A DNA stretch of 64,000 nt from Auanema rhodensis (taxonomy: Eukaryota; Animalia; Nematoda): assembly GCA_964057225.1 (NCBI GenBank), contig CAXKVF010000088.1, forward strand, positions 124,001-188,000, in the 5' to 3' direction. The notes beneath the pieces are model-generated. The model saw only the letters and a list, made by a program, of their open reading frames with translations. It made no database searches and had not been told where the DNA came from. Every line of letters begins with the position of its first letter. Position 1 is the first letter of the stretch. Of the stretch, positions 15,001 to 30,000 are shown piece after piece. A program made the translations under genes and the position numbers.

Positions 15001-18000
15001 AGCGAGTTACATACCAAGTGCACATCACGTGTACATTTAATTAGCATAAATTAAAGTTCACGTAAATTTCAAAGTCATGGTTACCATGAACCAATATCAA
15101 TAAAAATTTGTTTTTAGACTAATATGGACATGGGGAATCTAATTTTGAAAACCGCATCTCTTTATCTTTCACGTGAAGCGAGTTACATACCAAGTGCACA
15201 TCACGTGTACATTTAATTAGCATAAATTAAAGTTCACGTAAAATTCAAAGTCATGGTTACCATGCACCAATATCAATAAAAATTTGTTTTTAGACTAATA
15301 TGGACATGGGGAATCTAATTTTGAAAACCGCATCTCTTTATCTTTTACGTGAAGCGAGTTACATACCAAGTGCACATCACGTGTACATTTAATTAGCATA
15401 AATTAAAGTTCACGTAAATTTCAAAGTCATGGTTACCATGAACCAATATCAATAAAAATTTGTTTTTAGACTAATATGGACATGGGGAATCTAATTGTGA
15501 AAACCGCATCTCTTTATCTTTCACGTGAAGCGAGTTACATACCAAGTGCACATCACGTGTACATTTAATTAGCATAAATTAAAGTTCACGTAAATTTCAA
15601 AGTCATGGTTACCATGAACCAATATCAATAAAAATTTGTTTTTAGACTAATATGGACATGGGGAATCTAATTTTGAAAACCGCATCTCTTTATCTTTCAC
15701 GTGAAGCGAGTTACATACCAAGTGCACATCACGTGTACATTTAATCAGCATAAATTAAAGTTCACGTAAATTTCAAAGTCATGGTTACCATGCACCAATA
15801 TCAATAAAAATTTGTTTTTAGACTAATATGGACATGGGGAATCTAATTTTGAAAACCGCATCTCTTTATCTTTCACGTGAAGCGAGTTACATACCAAGTG
15901 CACATCACGTGTACATTTAATTAGCATAAATTAAAGTTCACGTAAATTTCAAAGTCATGGTTACCATGAACCAATATCATTAAAAATTTGTTTTTAGACT
16001 AATATGGACATGGGGAATCTAATTTTGAAAACCGCATCTCTTTATCTTTCACGTGAAGCGAGTTACATACCAAGTGCACATCACGTGTACATTTAATTAG
16101 CATAAATTAAAGTTCACGTAAATTTCAAAGTCATGGTTACCATGCACCAATATCAATAAAAATTTGTTTTTAGACTAATATGGACATGGGGGATCTAATT
16201 TTGAAAACCGCATCTCTTTATCTTTCACGTGAAGCGAGTTACATACCAAGTGCACATCACGTGTACATTTAATTAGCATAAATTAAAGTTCACGTAAATT
16301 TCAAAGTCATGGTTACCATGCACCAATATCAATAAAAATTTGTTTTTAGACTAATATGGACATGGGGAATCTAATTTTGAAAACCGCATCTCTTTATCTT
16401 TTACGTGAAGCGAGTTACATACCAAGTGCACATCACGTGTACATTTAATTAGCATAAATTAAAGTTCACGTAAATTTCAAAGTCATGGTTACCATGAACC
16501 AATATCAATAAAAATTTGTTTTTAGACTAATATGGACATGGGGAATCTAATTTTGAAAACCGCATCTCTTTATCTTTCACGTGAAGCGAGTTACATACCA
16601 AGTGCACATCACGTGTACATTTAATCAGCATAAATTAAAGTTCACGTAAATTTCAAAGTCATGGTTACCATGCACCAATATCAATAAAAATTTGTTTTTA
16701 GACTAATATGGACATGGGGAATCTAATTTTGAAAACCGCATCTCTTTATCTTTCACGTGAAGCGAGTTACATACCAAGTGCACATCACGTGTACATTTAA
16801 TCAGCATAAATTAAAGTTCACGTAAATTTCAAAGTCATGGTTACCATGCACCAATATCAATAAAAATTTGTTTTTAGACTAATATGGACATGGGGAATCT
16901 AATTTTGAAAACCGCATCTCTTTATCTTTCACGTGAAGCGAGTTACATACCAAGTGCACATCACGTGTACATTTAATTAGCATAAATTAAAGTTCACGTA
17001 AATTTCAAAGTCATGGTTACCATGCACCAATATCAATAAAAATTTGTTTTTAGACTAATATGGACATGGGGAATCTAATTTTGAAAACCGCATCTCTTTA
17101 TCTTTTACGTGAAGCGAGTTACATACCGAGTGCACATCACGTGTACATTTAATTAGCATAAATTAAAGTTCACGTAAATTTCAAAGTCATGGTTACCATG
17201 AACCAATATCAATAAAAATTTGTTTTTAGACTAATATGGACATGGGGAATCTAATTTTGAAAACCGCATCTCTTTATCTTTCACGTGAAGCGAGTTACAT
17301 ACCAAGTGCACATCACGTGTACATTTAATCAGCATAAATTAAAGTTCACGTAAATTTCAAAGTCATGGTTACCATGCACCAATATCAATAAAAATTTGTT
17401 TTTAGACTAATATGGACATGGGGAATCTAATTTTGAAAACCGCATCTCTTTATCTTCCACGTGAAGCGAGTTACATACCAAGTGCACATCACGTGTACAT
17501 TTAATCAGCATAAATTAAAGTTCACGTAAATTTCAAAGTCATGGTTACCATGCACCAATATCAATAAAAATTTGTTTTTAGACTAATATGGACATGGGGA
17601 ATCTAATTTTGAAAACCGCATCTCTTTATCTTTCACGTGAAGCGAGTTACATACCAAGTGCACATCACGTGTACATTTAATTAGCATAAATTAAAGTTCA
17701 CGTAAATTTCAAAGTCATGGTTACCATGCACCAATATCAATAAAAATTTGTTTTTAGACTAATATGGACATGGGGAATCTAATTTTGAAAACCGCATCTC
17801 TTTATCTTTCACGTGAAGCGAGTTACATACCAAGTGCACATCACGTGTACATTTAATTAGCATAAATTAAAGTTCACGTAAATTTCAAAGTCATGGTTAC
17901 CATGCACCAATATCAATAAAAATTTGTTTTTAGACTAATATGGACATGGGGAATCTAATTTTGAAAACCGCATCTCTTTATCTTTTACGTGAAGCGAGTT

Positions 18001-21000
18001 ACATACCAAGTGCACATCACGTGTACATTTAATTAGCATAAATTAAAGTTCACGTAAATTTCAAAGTCATGGTTACCATGAACCAATATCAATAAAAATT
18101 TGTTTTTAGACTAATATGGACATGGGGAATCTAATTTTGAAAACCGCATCTCTTTATCTTTCACGTGAAGCGAGTTACATACCAAGTGCACATCACGTGT
18201 ACATTTAATTAGCATAAATTAAAGTTCACGTAAATTTCAAAGTCATGGTTACCATGCACCAATATCAATAAAAATTTGTTTTTAGACTAATATGGACATG
18301 GGGAATCTAATTTTGAAAACCGCATCTCTTTATCTTTCACGTGAAGCGAGTTACATACCAAGTGCACATCACGTGTACATTTAATTAGCATAAATTAAAG
18401 TTCACGTAAATTTCAAAGTCATGGTTACCATGAAGCAATATCAATAAAAATTTGTTTTTAGACTAATATGGACATGGGGAATCTAATTTTGAAAACCGCA
18501 TCTCTTTATCTTTCACGTGAAGCGAGTTACATACCAAGTGCACATCACGTGTACATTTAATTAGCATAAATTAAAGTTCACGTAAATTTCAAAGTCATGG
18601 TTACCATGCACCAATATCAATAAAAATTTGTTTTTAGACTAATATGGACATGGGGGGTCTAATTTTGAAAACCGCATCTCTTTATCTTTTACGTGAAGCG
18701 AGTTACATACCAAGTGCACATCACGTGTACATTTAATTAGCATAAATTAAAGTTCACGTAAATTTCAAAGTCATGGTTACCATGAACCAATATCAATAAA
18801 AATTTGTTTTTAGACTAATATGGACATGGGGAATCTAATTTTGAAAACCGCATCTCTTTATCTTTCACGTGAAGCGAGTTACATACCAAGTGCACATCAC
18901 GTGTACATTTAATTAGCATAAATTAAAGTTCACGTAAATTTCAAAGTCATGGTTACCATGCACCAATATCAATAAAAATTTGTTTTTAGACTAATATGGA
19001 CATGGGGAATCTAATTTTGAAAATCGCATCTCTTTATCTTTCACGTGAAGCGAGTTACATACCAAGTGCACATCACGTGTACATTTAATTAGCATAAATT
19101 AAAGTTCACGTAAATTTCAAAGTCATGGTTACCATGCACCAATATCAATAAAAATTTGTTTTTAGACTAATATGGACATGGGGAATCTAATTTTGAAAAC
19201 CGCATCTCTTTATCTTTCACGTGAAGCGAGTTACATACCAAGTGCACATCACGTGTACATTTAATTAGCATAAATTAAAGTTCACATAAATTTCAAAGTC
19301 ATGGTTACCATGCACCAATATCAATAAAAATTTGTTTTTAGACTAATATGGACATGGGGAATCTAATTTTGAAAACCGCATCTCTTTATCTTTCACGTGA
19401 AGCGAGTTACATACCGAGTGCACATCACGTGTACATTTAATTAGCATAAATTAAAGTTCACGTAAATTTCAAAGTCATGGTTACCATGAACCAATATCAA
19501 TAAAAATTTGTTTTTAGACTAATATGGACATGGGGAATCTAATTTTGAAAACCGCATCTCTTTATCTTTCATGTGAAGCGAGTTACATACCAAGTGCACA
19601 TCACGTGTACATTTAATTAGCATAAATTAAAGTTCACGTAAATTTCAAAGTCATGGTTACCATGAAGCAATATCAATAAAAATTTGTTTTTAGACTAATA
19701 TGGACATGGGGAATCTAATTTTGAAAACCGCATCTCTTTATCTTTCACGTGAAGCGAGTTACATACCAAGTGCACATCACGTGTACATTTAATTAGCATA
19801 AATTAAAGTTTACGTAAATTTCAAAGTCATGGTTACCATGAACCAATATCAATAAAAATTTGTTTTTAGACTAATATGGACATGGGGAATCTAATTTTGA
19901 AAACCGCATCTCTTTATCTTTCACGTGAAGCGAGTTACATACCAAGTGCACATCACGTGTACATTTAATTAGCATAAATTAAAGTTCACGTAAAATTCAA
20001 AGTCATGGTTACCATGCACTAATATCAATAAAAATTTGTTTTTAGACTAATATGGACATGGGGAATCTAATTTTGAAAACCGCATCTCTTTATCTTTTAC
20101 GTGAAGCGAGTTACATACCAAGTGCACATCACGTGTACATTTAATTAGCATAAATTAAAGTTCACGTAAATTTCAAAGTCATGGTTACCATGAACCAATA
20201 TCAATAAAAATTTGTTTTTAGACTAATATGGACATGGGGAATCTAATTTTGAAAACCGCATCTCTTTATCTTTCACGTGAAGCGAGTTACATACCAAGTG
20301 CACATCACGTGTACATTTAATTAGCATAAATTAAAGTTCACGTAAATTTCAAAGTCATGGTTACCATGAACCAATATCAATAAAAATTTGTTTTTAGACT
20401 AATATGGACATGGGGAATCTAATTTTGAAAACCGCATCTCTTTATCTTTCACGTGAAGCGAGTTACATACCAAGTGCACATCACGTGTACATTTAATTAG
20501 CATAAATTAAAGTTCACGTAAATTTCAAAGTCATGGTTACCATGCACCAATATCAATAAAAATTTGTTTTTAGACTAATATGGACATGGGGGATCTAATT
20601 TTGAAAACCGCATCTCTTTATCTTTCACGTGAAGCGAGTTACATACCAAGTGCACATCACGTGTACATTTAATTAGCATAAATTAAAGTTCACGTAAATT
20701 TCAAAGTCATGGTTACCATGAACCAATATCAATAAAAATTTGTTTTTAGACTAATATGGACATGGGGAATCTAATTTTGAAAACCGCATCTCTTTATCTT
20801 TCACGTGAAGCGAGTTACATACCAAGTGCACATCACGTGTACATTTAATTAGCATAAATTAAAGTTCACGTAAATTCCAAAGTCATGGTTACCATGCACC
20901 AATATCAATAAAAATTCGTTTTTAGACTAATATGGACATGGGGAATCTAATTTTGAAAACCGCATCTCTTTATCTTTCACGTGAAGCGAGTTACATACCA

Positions 21001-24000
21001 AGTGCACATCACGTGTACATTTAATTAGCATAAATTAAAGTTCACGTAAATTTCAAAGTCATGGTTACCATGCACCAATATCAATAAAAATTTGTTTTTA
21101 GACTAATATGGACATGGGGAATCTAATTTTGAAAACCGCATCTCTTTATCTTTCACGTGAAGCGAGTTACATACCAAGTGCACATCACGTGTACATTTAA
21201 TTAGCATAAATTAAAGTTCACGTAAATTTCAAAGTCATGGTTACCATGCACCAATATCAATAAAAATTTGTTTTTAGACCAATATGGACATGGGGAATCT
21301 AATTTTGAAAACCGCATCTCTTTATCTTTCACGTGAAGCGAGTTACATACCAAGTGCACATCACGTGTACATTTAATTAGCATAAATTAAAGTTCACGTA
21401 AATTTCAAAGTCATGGTTACCATGAAGCAATATCAATAAAAATTTGTTTTTAGACTAATATGGACATGGGGAATCTAATTTTGAAAACCGCATCTCTTTA
21501 TCTTTCACGTGAAGCGAGTTACATACCAAGTGCACATCACGTGTACATTTAATTAGCATAAATTAAAGTTCACGTAAATTTCAAAGTCATGGTTACCATG
21601 CACCAATATCAATAAAAATTTGTTTTTAGACTAATATGGACATGGGGGATCTAATTTTGAAAACCGCATCTCTTTATCTTTTACGTGAAGCGAGTTACAT
21701 ACCAAGTGCACATCACGTGTACATTTAATTAGCATAAATTAAAGTTCACGTAAATTTCAAAGTCATGGTTACCATGAACCAATATCAATAAAAATTTGTT
21801 TTTAGACTAATATGGACATGGGGAATCTAATTTTGAAAACCGCATCTCTTTATCTTTCACGTGAAGCGAGTTACATACCAAGTGCACATCACGTGTACAT
21901 TTAATTAGCATAAATTAAAGTTCACGTAAATTTCAAAGTCATGGTTACCATGCACCAATATCAATAAAAATTTGTTTTTAGACTAATATGGACATGGGGA
22001 ATCTAATTTTGTAAACCGCATCTCTTTATCTTTCACGTGAAGCGAGTTACATACCAAGTGCACATCACGTGTACATTTAATTAGCATAAATTAAAGTTCA
22101 CGTAAATTTCAAAGTCATGGTTACCATGCACCAATATCAATAAAAATTGGTTTTTAGACTAATATGGACATGGGGAATCTAATTTTGAAAACCGCATCTC
22201 TTTATCTTTCACGTGAAGCGAGTTACATACCAAGTGCACATCACGTGTACATTTAATTAGCATAAATTAAAGTTCACGTAAATTTCAAAGTCATGGTTAC
22301 CATGCACCAATATCAATAAAAATTTGTTTTTAGACTAATATGGACATGGGGAATCTAATTTTGAAAACCGCATCTCTTTATCTTTCACGTGAAGCGAGTT
22401 ACATACCAAGTGCACATCACGTGTACATTTAATTAGCATAAATTAAAGTTCACGTAAATTTCAAAGTCATGGTTACCATGCACCAATATCAATAAAAATT
22501 TGTTTTTAGACTAATATGGACATGGGGAATCTAATTTTGTAAACCGCATCTCTTTATCTTTCACGTGAAGCGAGTTACATACCAAGTGCACATCACGTGT
22601 ACATTTAATTAGCATAAATTAAAGTTCACGTAAATTTCAAAGTCATGGTTACCATGCACCAATATCAATAAAAATTGGTTTTTAGACTAATATGGACATG
22701 GGGAATCTAATTTTGAAAACCGCATCTCTTTATCTTTCACGTGAAGCGAGTTACATACCAAGTGCACATCACGTGTACATTTAATTAGCATAAATTAAAG
22801 TTCACGTAAATTTCAAAGTCATGGTTACCATGCACCAATATCAATAAAAATTTGTTTTTAGACTAATATGGACATGGGGAATCTAATTTTGAAAACCGCA
22901 TCTCTTTATCTTTCACGTGAAGCGAGTTACATACCAAGTGCACATCACGTGTACATTTAATTAGCATAAATTAAAGTTCACGTAAATTTCAAAGTCATGG
23001 TTACCATGAACCAATATCAATAAAAATTTGTTTTTAGACTAATATGGACATGGGGAATCTAATTTTGAAAACCGCATCTCTTTATCTTTCACGTGAAGCG
23101 AGTTACATACCAAGTGCACATCACGTGTACATTTAATTAGCATAAATTAAAGTTCACGTAAATTTCAAAGTCATGGTTACCATGAACCAATATCAATAAA
23201 AATTTGTTTTTAGACTAATATGGACATGGGGAATCTAATTTTGAAAACCGCATCTCTTTATCTTTCACGTGAAGCGAGTTACATACCAAGTGCACATCAC
23301 GTGTACATTTAATTAGCATAAATTAAAGTTCACGTAAATTCCAAAGTCATGGTTACCATGCACCAATATCAATAAAAATTCGTTTTTAGACTAATATGGA
23401 CATGGGGAATCTAATTTTGAAAACCGCATCTCTTTATCTTTCACGTGAAGCGAGTTACATACCAAGTGCACATCACGTGTACATTTAATTAGCATAAATT
23501 AAAGTTCACGTAAATTTCAAAGTCATGGTTACCATGCACCAATATCAATAAAAATTTGTTTTTAGACTAATATGGACATGGGGAATCTAATTTTGAAAAC
23601 CGCATCTCTTTATCTTTCACGTGAAGCGAGTTACATACCAAGTGCACATCACGTGTACATTTAATTAGCATAAATTAAAGTTCACGTAAATTTCAAAGTC
23701 ATGGTTACCATGAACCAATATCAATAAAAATTTGTTTTTAGACTAATATGGACATGGGGAATCTAATTTTGAAAACCGCATCTCTTTATCTTTCACGTGA
23801 AGCGAGTTACATACCAAGTGCACATCACGTGTACATTTAATTAGCATAAATTAAAGTTCACGAAAATTTCAAAGTCGTGGTTACCATGCACCAATATCAA
23901 TAAAAATTCGTTTTTAGACTAATATGGACATGGGGAATCTAATTTTGAAAACCGCATCTCTTTATCTTTCACGTGAAGCGAGTTACATACCAAGTGCACA

Positions 24001-27000
24001 TCACGTGTACATTTAATTAGCATAAATTAAAGTTCACGTAAATTTCAAAGTCATGGTTACCATGAACCAATATCAATAAAAATTTGTTTTTAGACTAATA
24101 TGGACATGGGGAATCTAATTTTGAAAACCGCATCTCTTTATCTTTCACGTGAAGCGAGTTACATACCAAGTGCACATCACGTGTACATTTAATTAGCATA
24201 AATTAAAGTTCACGTAAATTTCAAAGTCATGGTTACCATGAACCAATATCAATAAAAATTTGTTTTTAGACTAATATGGACATGGGGAATCTAATTTTGA
24301 AAACCCCATCTCTTTATCTTTCACGTGAAGCGAGTTACATACCAAGTGCACATCACGTATACATTTAATTAGCATAAATTAAAGTTCACATAAATTTCAA
24401 AGTCATGGTTACCATGCACCAATATCAATAAAAATTTGTTTTTAGACTAATATGGACATGGGGAATCTAATTTTGAAAACCGCATCTCTTCATCTTTCAC
24501 GTGAAGCGAGTTACATACCAAGTGCACATCACGTGTACATTTAATTAGCATAAATTAAAGTTCACGTAAATTTCAAAGTCATGGTTACCATGAACTAATA
24601 TCAATAAAAATTTGTTTTTAGACTAATATGGACATGGGGAATCTAATTTTGAAAACCGCATCTCTTTATCTTTCACGTGAAGCGAGTTACATACCAAGTG
24701 CACATCACGTGTACATTTAATTAGCATAAATTAAAGTTCACGTAAATTTCAAAGTCATGGTTACCATGAACCAATATCAATAAAAATTTGTTTTAAGACT
24801 TATATGGACATGGGGAATCTAATTTTGAAAACCGCATCTCTTTATCTTTCACGTGAAGCGAGTTACATACCAAGTGCACATCACGTGTACATTTAATTAG
24901 CATAAATTAAAGTTCACGTAAATTTCAAAGTCATGGTTACCATGAACCAATATCAATAAAAATTTGTTTTTAGACTAATATGGACATGGGGAATCTAATT
25001 TTGAAAACCGCATCTCTTTATCTTTCACGTGAAGCGAGTTACATACCAAGTGCACATCACGTGTACATTAAATTAGCATAAATTAAAGTTCACGTAAATT
25101 TCAAAGTCATGGTTACCATGAACCAATATCAATAAAAATTTGTTTTTAGACTAATATGGACATGGGGAATCTAATTTTGAAAACCGCATCTCTTTATCTT
25201 TCACGTGAAGCGAGTTACATACCAAGTGCACATCACGTGTACATTTAATTAGCATAAATTAAAGTTCACGTAAATTTCAAAGTCATGGTTACCATGCACC
25301 AATATCAATAAAAATTTGTTTTTAGACTAATATGGACATGGGGAATCTAATTTTGAAAACCGCATCTCTTTATCTTTCACGTGAAGCGAGTTACATACCA
25401 AGTGCACATCACGTGTACATTTAATTAGCATAAATTAAAGTTCACGTAAATTTCAAAGTCATGGTTACCATGAACCAATATCAATAAAAATTTGTTTTTA
25501 GACTAATATGGACATGGGGAATCTAATTTTGGAAACCGCATCTCTTTATCTTTCACGTGAAGCGAGTTACATACCAAGTGCACATCACGTATACATTTAA
25601 TTAGCATAAATTAAAGTTCACGTAAATTTCAAAGTCATGGTTACCATGAACCAATATCAATAAAAATTTGTTTTTAGACTAATATGGACATGGGGAATCT
25701 AATTTTGAAAACCCCATCTCTTTATCTTTCACGTGAAGCGAGTTACATACCAAGTGCACATCACGTATACATTTAATTAGCATAAATTAAAGTTCACGTA
25801 AATTTCAAAGTCATGGTTACCATGAACCAATATCAATAAAAATTTGTTTTTAGACTAATATGGACATGGGGAATCTAATTTTGAAAACCGCATCTCTTTA
25901 TCTTTCACGTGAAGCGAGTTACATACCAAGTGCACATCACGTGTACATTTAATTAGCATAAATTAAAGTTCACGTAAATTTCAAAGTCATGGTTACCATG
26001 AACCAATATCAATAAAAATTTGTTTTTAGACTAATATGGACATGGGGAATCTAATTTTGAAAACCGCATCTCTTTATCTTTCACGTGAAGCGAGTTACAT
26101 ACCAAGTGCACATCACGTGTACATTTAATTAGCATAAATTAAAGTTCACATAAATTTCAAAGTCATGGTTACCATGAACCAATATCAATAAAAATTTGTT
26201 TTTAGACTAATATGGACATGGGGAATCTAATTTTGAAAACCGCATCTCTTTATCTTTCACGTGAAGCGAGTTACATACCAAGTGCACATCACGTGTACAT
26301 TTAATTAGCATAAATTAAAGTTCACGTAAATTTCAAAGTCATGGTTACCATGCACCAATATCAATAAAAATTTGTTTTTAGACTAATATGGACATGGGGA
26401 ATCTAATTTTGAAAACCGCATCTCTTTATCTTTCACGTGAAGCGAGTTACATACCAAGTGCACATCACGTGTACATTTAATTAGCATAAATTAAAGTTCA
26501 CGTAAATTTCAAAGTCATGGTTACCATGAAGCAATATCAATAAAAATTTGTTTTTAGACTAATATGGACATGGGGAATCTAATTTTGAAAACCGCATCTC
26601 TTTATCTTTCACGTGAAGCGAGTTACATACCAAGTGCACATCACGTGTACATTAAATTAGCATAAATTAAAGTTCACGTAAATTTCAAAGTCATGGTTAC
26701 CATGCACCAATATCAATAAAAATTTGTTTTTAGACTAATATGGACATGGGGGATCTAATTTTGAAAACCGCATCTCTTTATCTTTTACGTGAAGCGAGTT
26801 ACATACCAAGTGCACATCACGTGTACATTTAATTAGCATAAATTAAAGTTCACGTAAATTTCAAAGTCATGGTTACCATGAACCAATATCAATAAAAATT
26901 TGTTTTTAGACTAATATGGACATGGGGAATCTAATTTTGAAAACCGCATCTCTTTATCTTTCACGTGAAGCGAGTTACATACCAAGTGCACATCACGTGT

Positions 27001-30000
27001 ACATTTAATTAGCATAAATTAAAGTTCACGTAAATTTCAAAGTCATGGTTACCATGCACCAATATCAATAAAAATTTGTTTTTAGACTAATATGGACATG
27101 GGGAATCTAATTTTGTAAACCGCATCTCTTTATCTTTCACGTGAAGCGAGTTACATACCAAGTGCACATCACGTGTACATTTAATTAGCATAAATTAAAG
27201 TTCACGTAAATTTCAAAGTCATGGTTACCATGCACCAATATCAATAAAAATTGGTTTTTAGACTAATATGGACATGGGGAATCTAATTTTGAAAACCGCA
27301 TCTCTTTATCTTTCACGTGAAGCGAGTTACATACCAAGTGCACATCACGTGTACATTTAATTAGCATAAATTAAAGTTCACGTAAATTTCAAAGTCATGG
27401 TTACCATGCACCAATATCAATAAAAATTTGTTTTTAGACTAATATGGACATGGGGAATCTAATTTTGAAAACCGCATCTCTTTATCTTTCACGTGAAGCG
27501 AGTTACATACCAAGTGCACATCACGTGTACATTTAATTAGCATAAATTAAAGTTCACGTAAATTTCAAAGTCATGGTTACCATGAACCAATATCAATAAA
27601 AATTTGTTTTTAGACTAATATGGACATGGGGAATCTAATTTTGAAAACCGCATCTCTTTATCTTTCACGTGAAGCGAGTTACATACCAAGTGCACATCAC
27701 GTGTACATTTAATTAGCATAAATTAAAGTTCACGAAAATTTCAAAGTCGTGGTTACCATGCACCAATATCAATAAAAATTCGTTTTTAGACTAATATGGA
27801 CATGGGGAATCTAATTTTGAAAACCGCATCTCTTTATCTTTCACGTGAAGCGAGTTACATACCAAGTGCACATCACGTGTACATTTAATTAGCATAAATT
27901 AAAGTTCACGTAAATTTCAAAGTCATGGTTACCATGCACCAATATCAATAAAAATTTGTTTTTAGACTAATATGGACATGGGGAATCTAATTTTGTAAAC
28001 CGCATCTCTTTATCTTTCACGTGAAGCGAGTTACATACCAAGTGCACATCACGTGTACATTTAATTAGCATAAATTAAAGTTCACGTAAATTTCAAAGTC
28101 ATGGTTACCATGCACCAATATCAATAAAAATTGGTTTTTAGACTAATATGGACATGGGGAATCTAATTTTGAAAACCGCATCTCTTTATCTTTCACGTGA
28201 AGCGAGTTACATACCAAGTGCACATCACGTGTACATTTAATTAGCATAAATTAAAGTTCACGTAAATTTCAAAGTCATGGTTACCATGCACCAATATCAA
28301 TAAAAATTTGTTTTTAGACTAATATGGACATGGGGAATCTAATTTTGAAAACCGCATCTCTTTATCTTTCACGTGAAGCGAGTTACATACCAAGTGCACA
28401 TCACGTGTACATTTAATTAGCATAAATTAAAGTTCACGTAAATTTCAAAGTCATGGTTACCATGAACCAATATCAATAAAAATTTGTTTTTAGACTAATA
28501 TGGACATGGGGAATCTAATTTTGAAAACCGCATCTCTTTATCTTTCACGTGAAGCGAGTTACATACCAAGTGCACATCACGTGTACATTTAATTAGCATA
28601 AATTAAAGTTCACGAAAATTTCAAAGTCGTGGTTACCATGCACCAATATCAATAAAAATTCGTTTTTAGACTAATATGGACATGGGGAATCTAATTTTGA
28701 AAACCGCATCTCTTTATCTTTCACGTGAAGCGAGTTACATACCAAGTGCACATCACGTGTACATTTAATTAGCATAAATTAAAGTTCACGTAAATTTCAA
28801 AGTCATGGTTACCATGAACCAATATCAATTAAAATTTGTTTTTAGACTAATATGGACATGGGCAATCTAATTTTGAAAACCGCATCTCTTTATCTTTCAC
28901 GTGAAGCGAGTTACATACCAAGTGCACATCACGTGTACATTTAATTAGCATAAATTAAAGTTCACGTAAATTTCAAAGTCATGGTTACCATGCACCAATA
29001 TCAATAAAAATTTGTTTTTAGACTAATATGGACATGGGGAATCTAATTTTGAAAACCGCATCTCTTTATCTTTCACGTGAAGCGAGTTACATTCCAAGTG
29101 CACATCACGTGTACATTTAATTAGCATACATTAAAGTTCACGTAAATTTCAAAGTCATGGTTACCATGCACCAATATCAATAAAAATTTGTTTTTAGACT
29201 AATATGGACATGGGGAATCTAATTTTGAAAACCGCATCTCTTCATCTTTCACGTGAAGCGAGTTACATACCAAGTGCACATCACGTGTACATTTAATTAG
29301 CATAAATTAAAGTTCACGTAAATTTCAAAGTCATGGTTACCATGCACCAATATCAATAAAAATTTGTTTTTAGACTAATATGGACATGGGGAATCTAATT
29401 TTGAAAACCGCATCTCTTTATCTTTCACGTGAAGCGAGTTACATACCAAGTGCACATCACGTGTACATTTAATTAGCATAAATTAAAGTTCACGTAAATT
29501 TCAAAGTCATGGTTACCATGAACCAATATCAATAAAAATTTGTTTTTAGACTAATATGGACATGGGGAATCTAATTTTGAAAACCGCATATCTTTATCTT
29601 TCACGTGAAGCGAGTTACATACCAAGTGCACATCACGTGTACATTTAATTAGCATAAATTAAAGTTCACGTAAATTTCAAAGTCATGGTTACCATGAACC
29701 AATATCAATTAAAATTTGTTTTTAGACTAATATGGACATGGGCAATCTAATTTTGAAAACCGCATCTCTTTATCTTTCACGTGAAGCGAGTTACATACCA
29801 AGTGCACATCACGTGTACATTTAATTAGCATAAATTAAAGTTCACGTAAATTTCAAAGTCATGGTTACCATGCACCAATATCAATAAAAATTTGTTTTTA
29901 GACTAATATGGACATGGGGAATCTAATTTTGAAAACCGCATATCTTTATCTTTCACGTGAAGCGAGTTACATACCAAGTGCACATCACGTGTACATTTAA

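Noticed and set aside
21201-21383. 60-aa ORF in the satellite
   Set aside because: Created by one substitution at 21280 that turns TAG into TGG in a single monomer. No evidence of coding.
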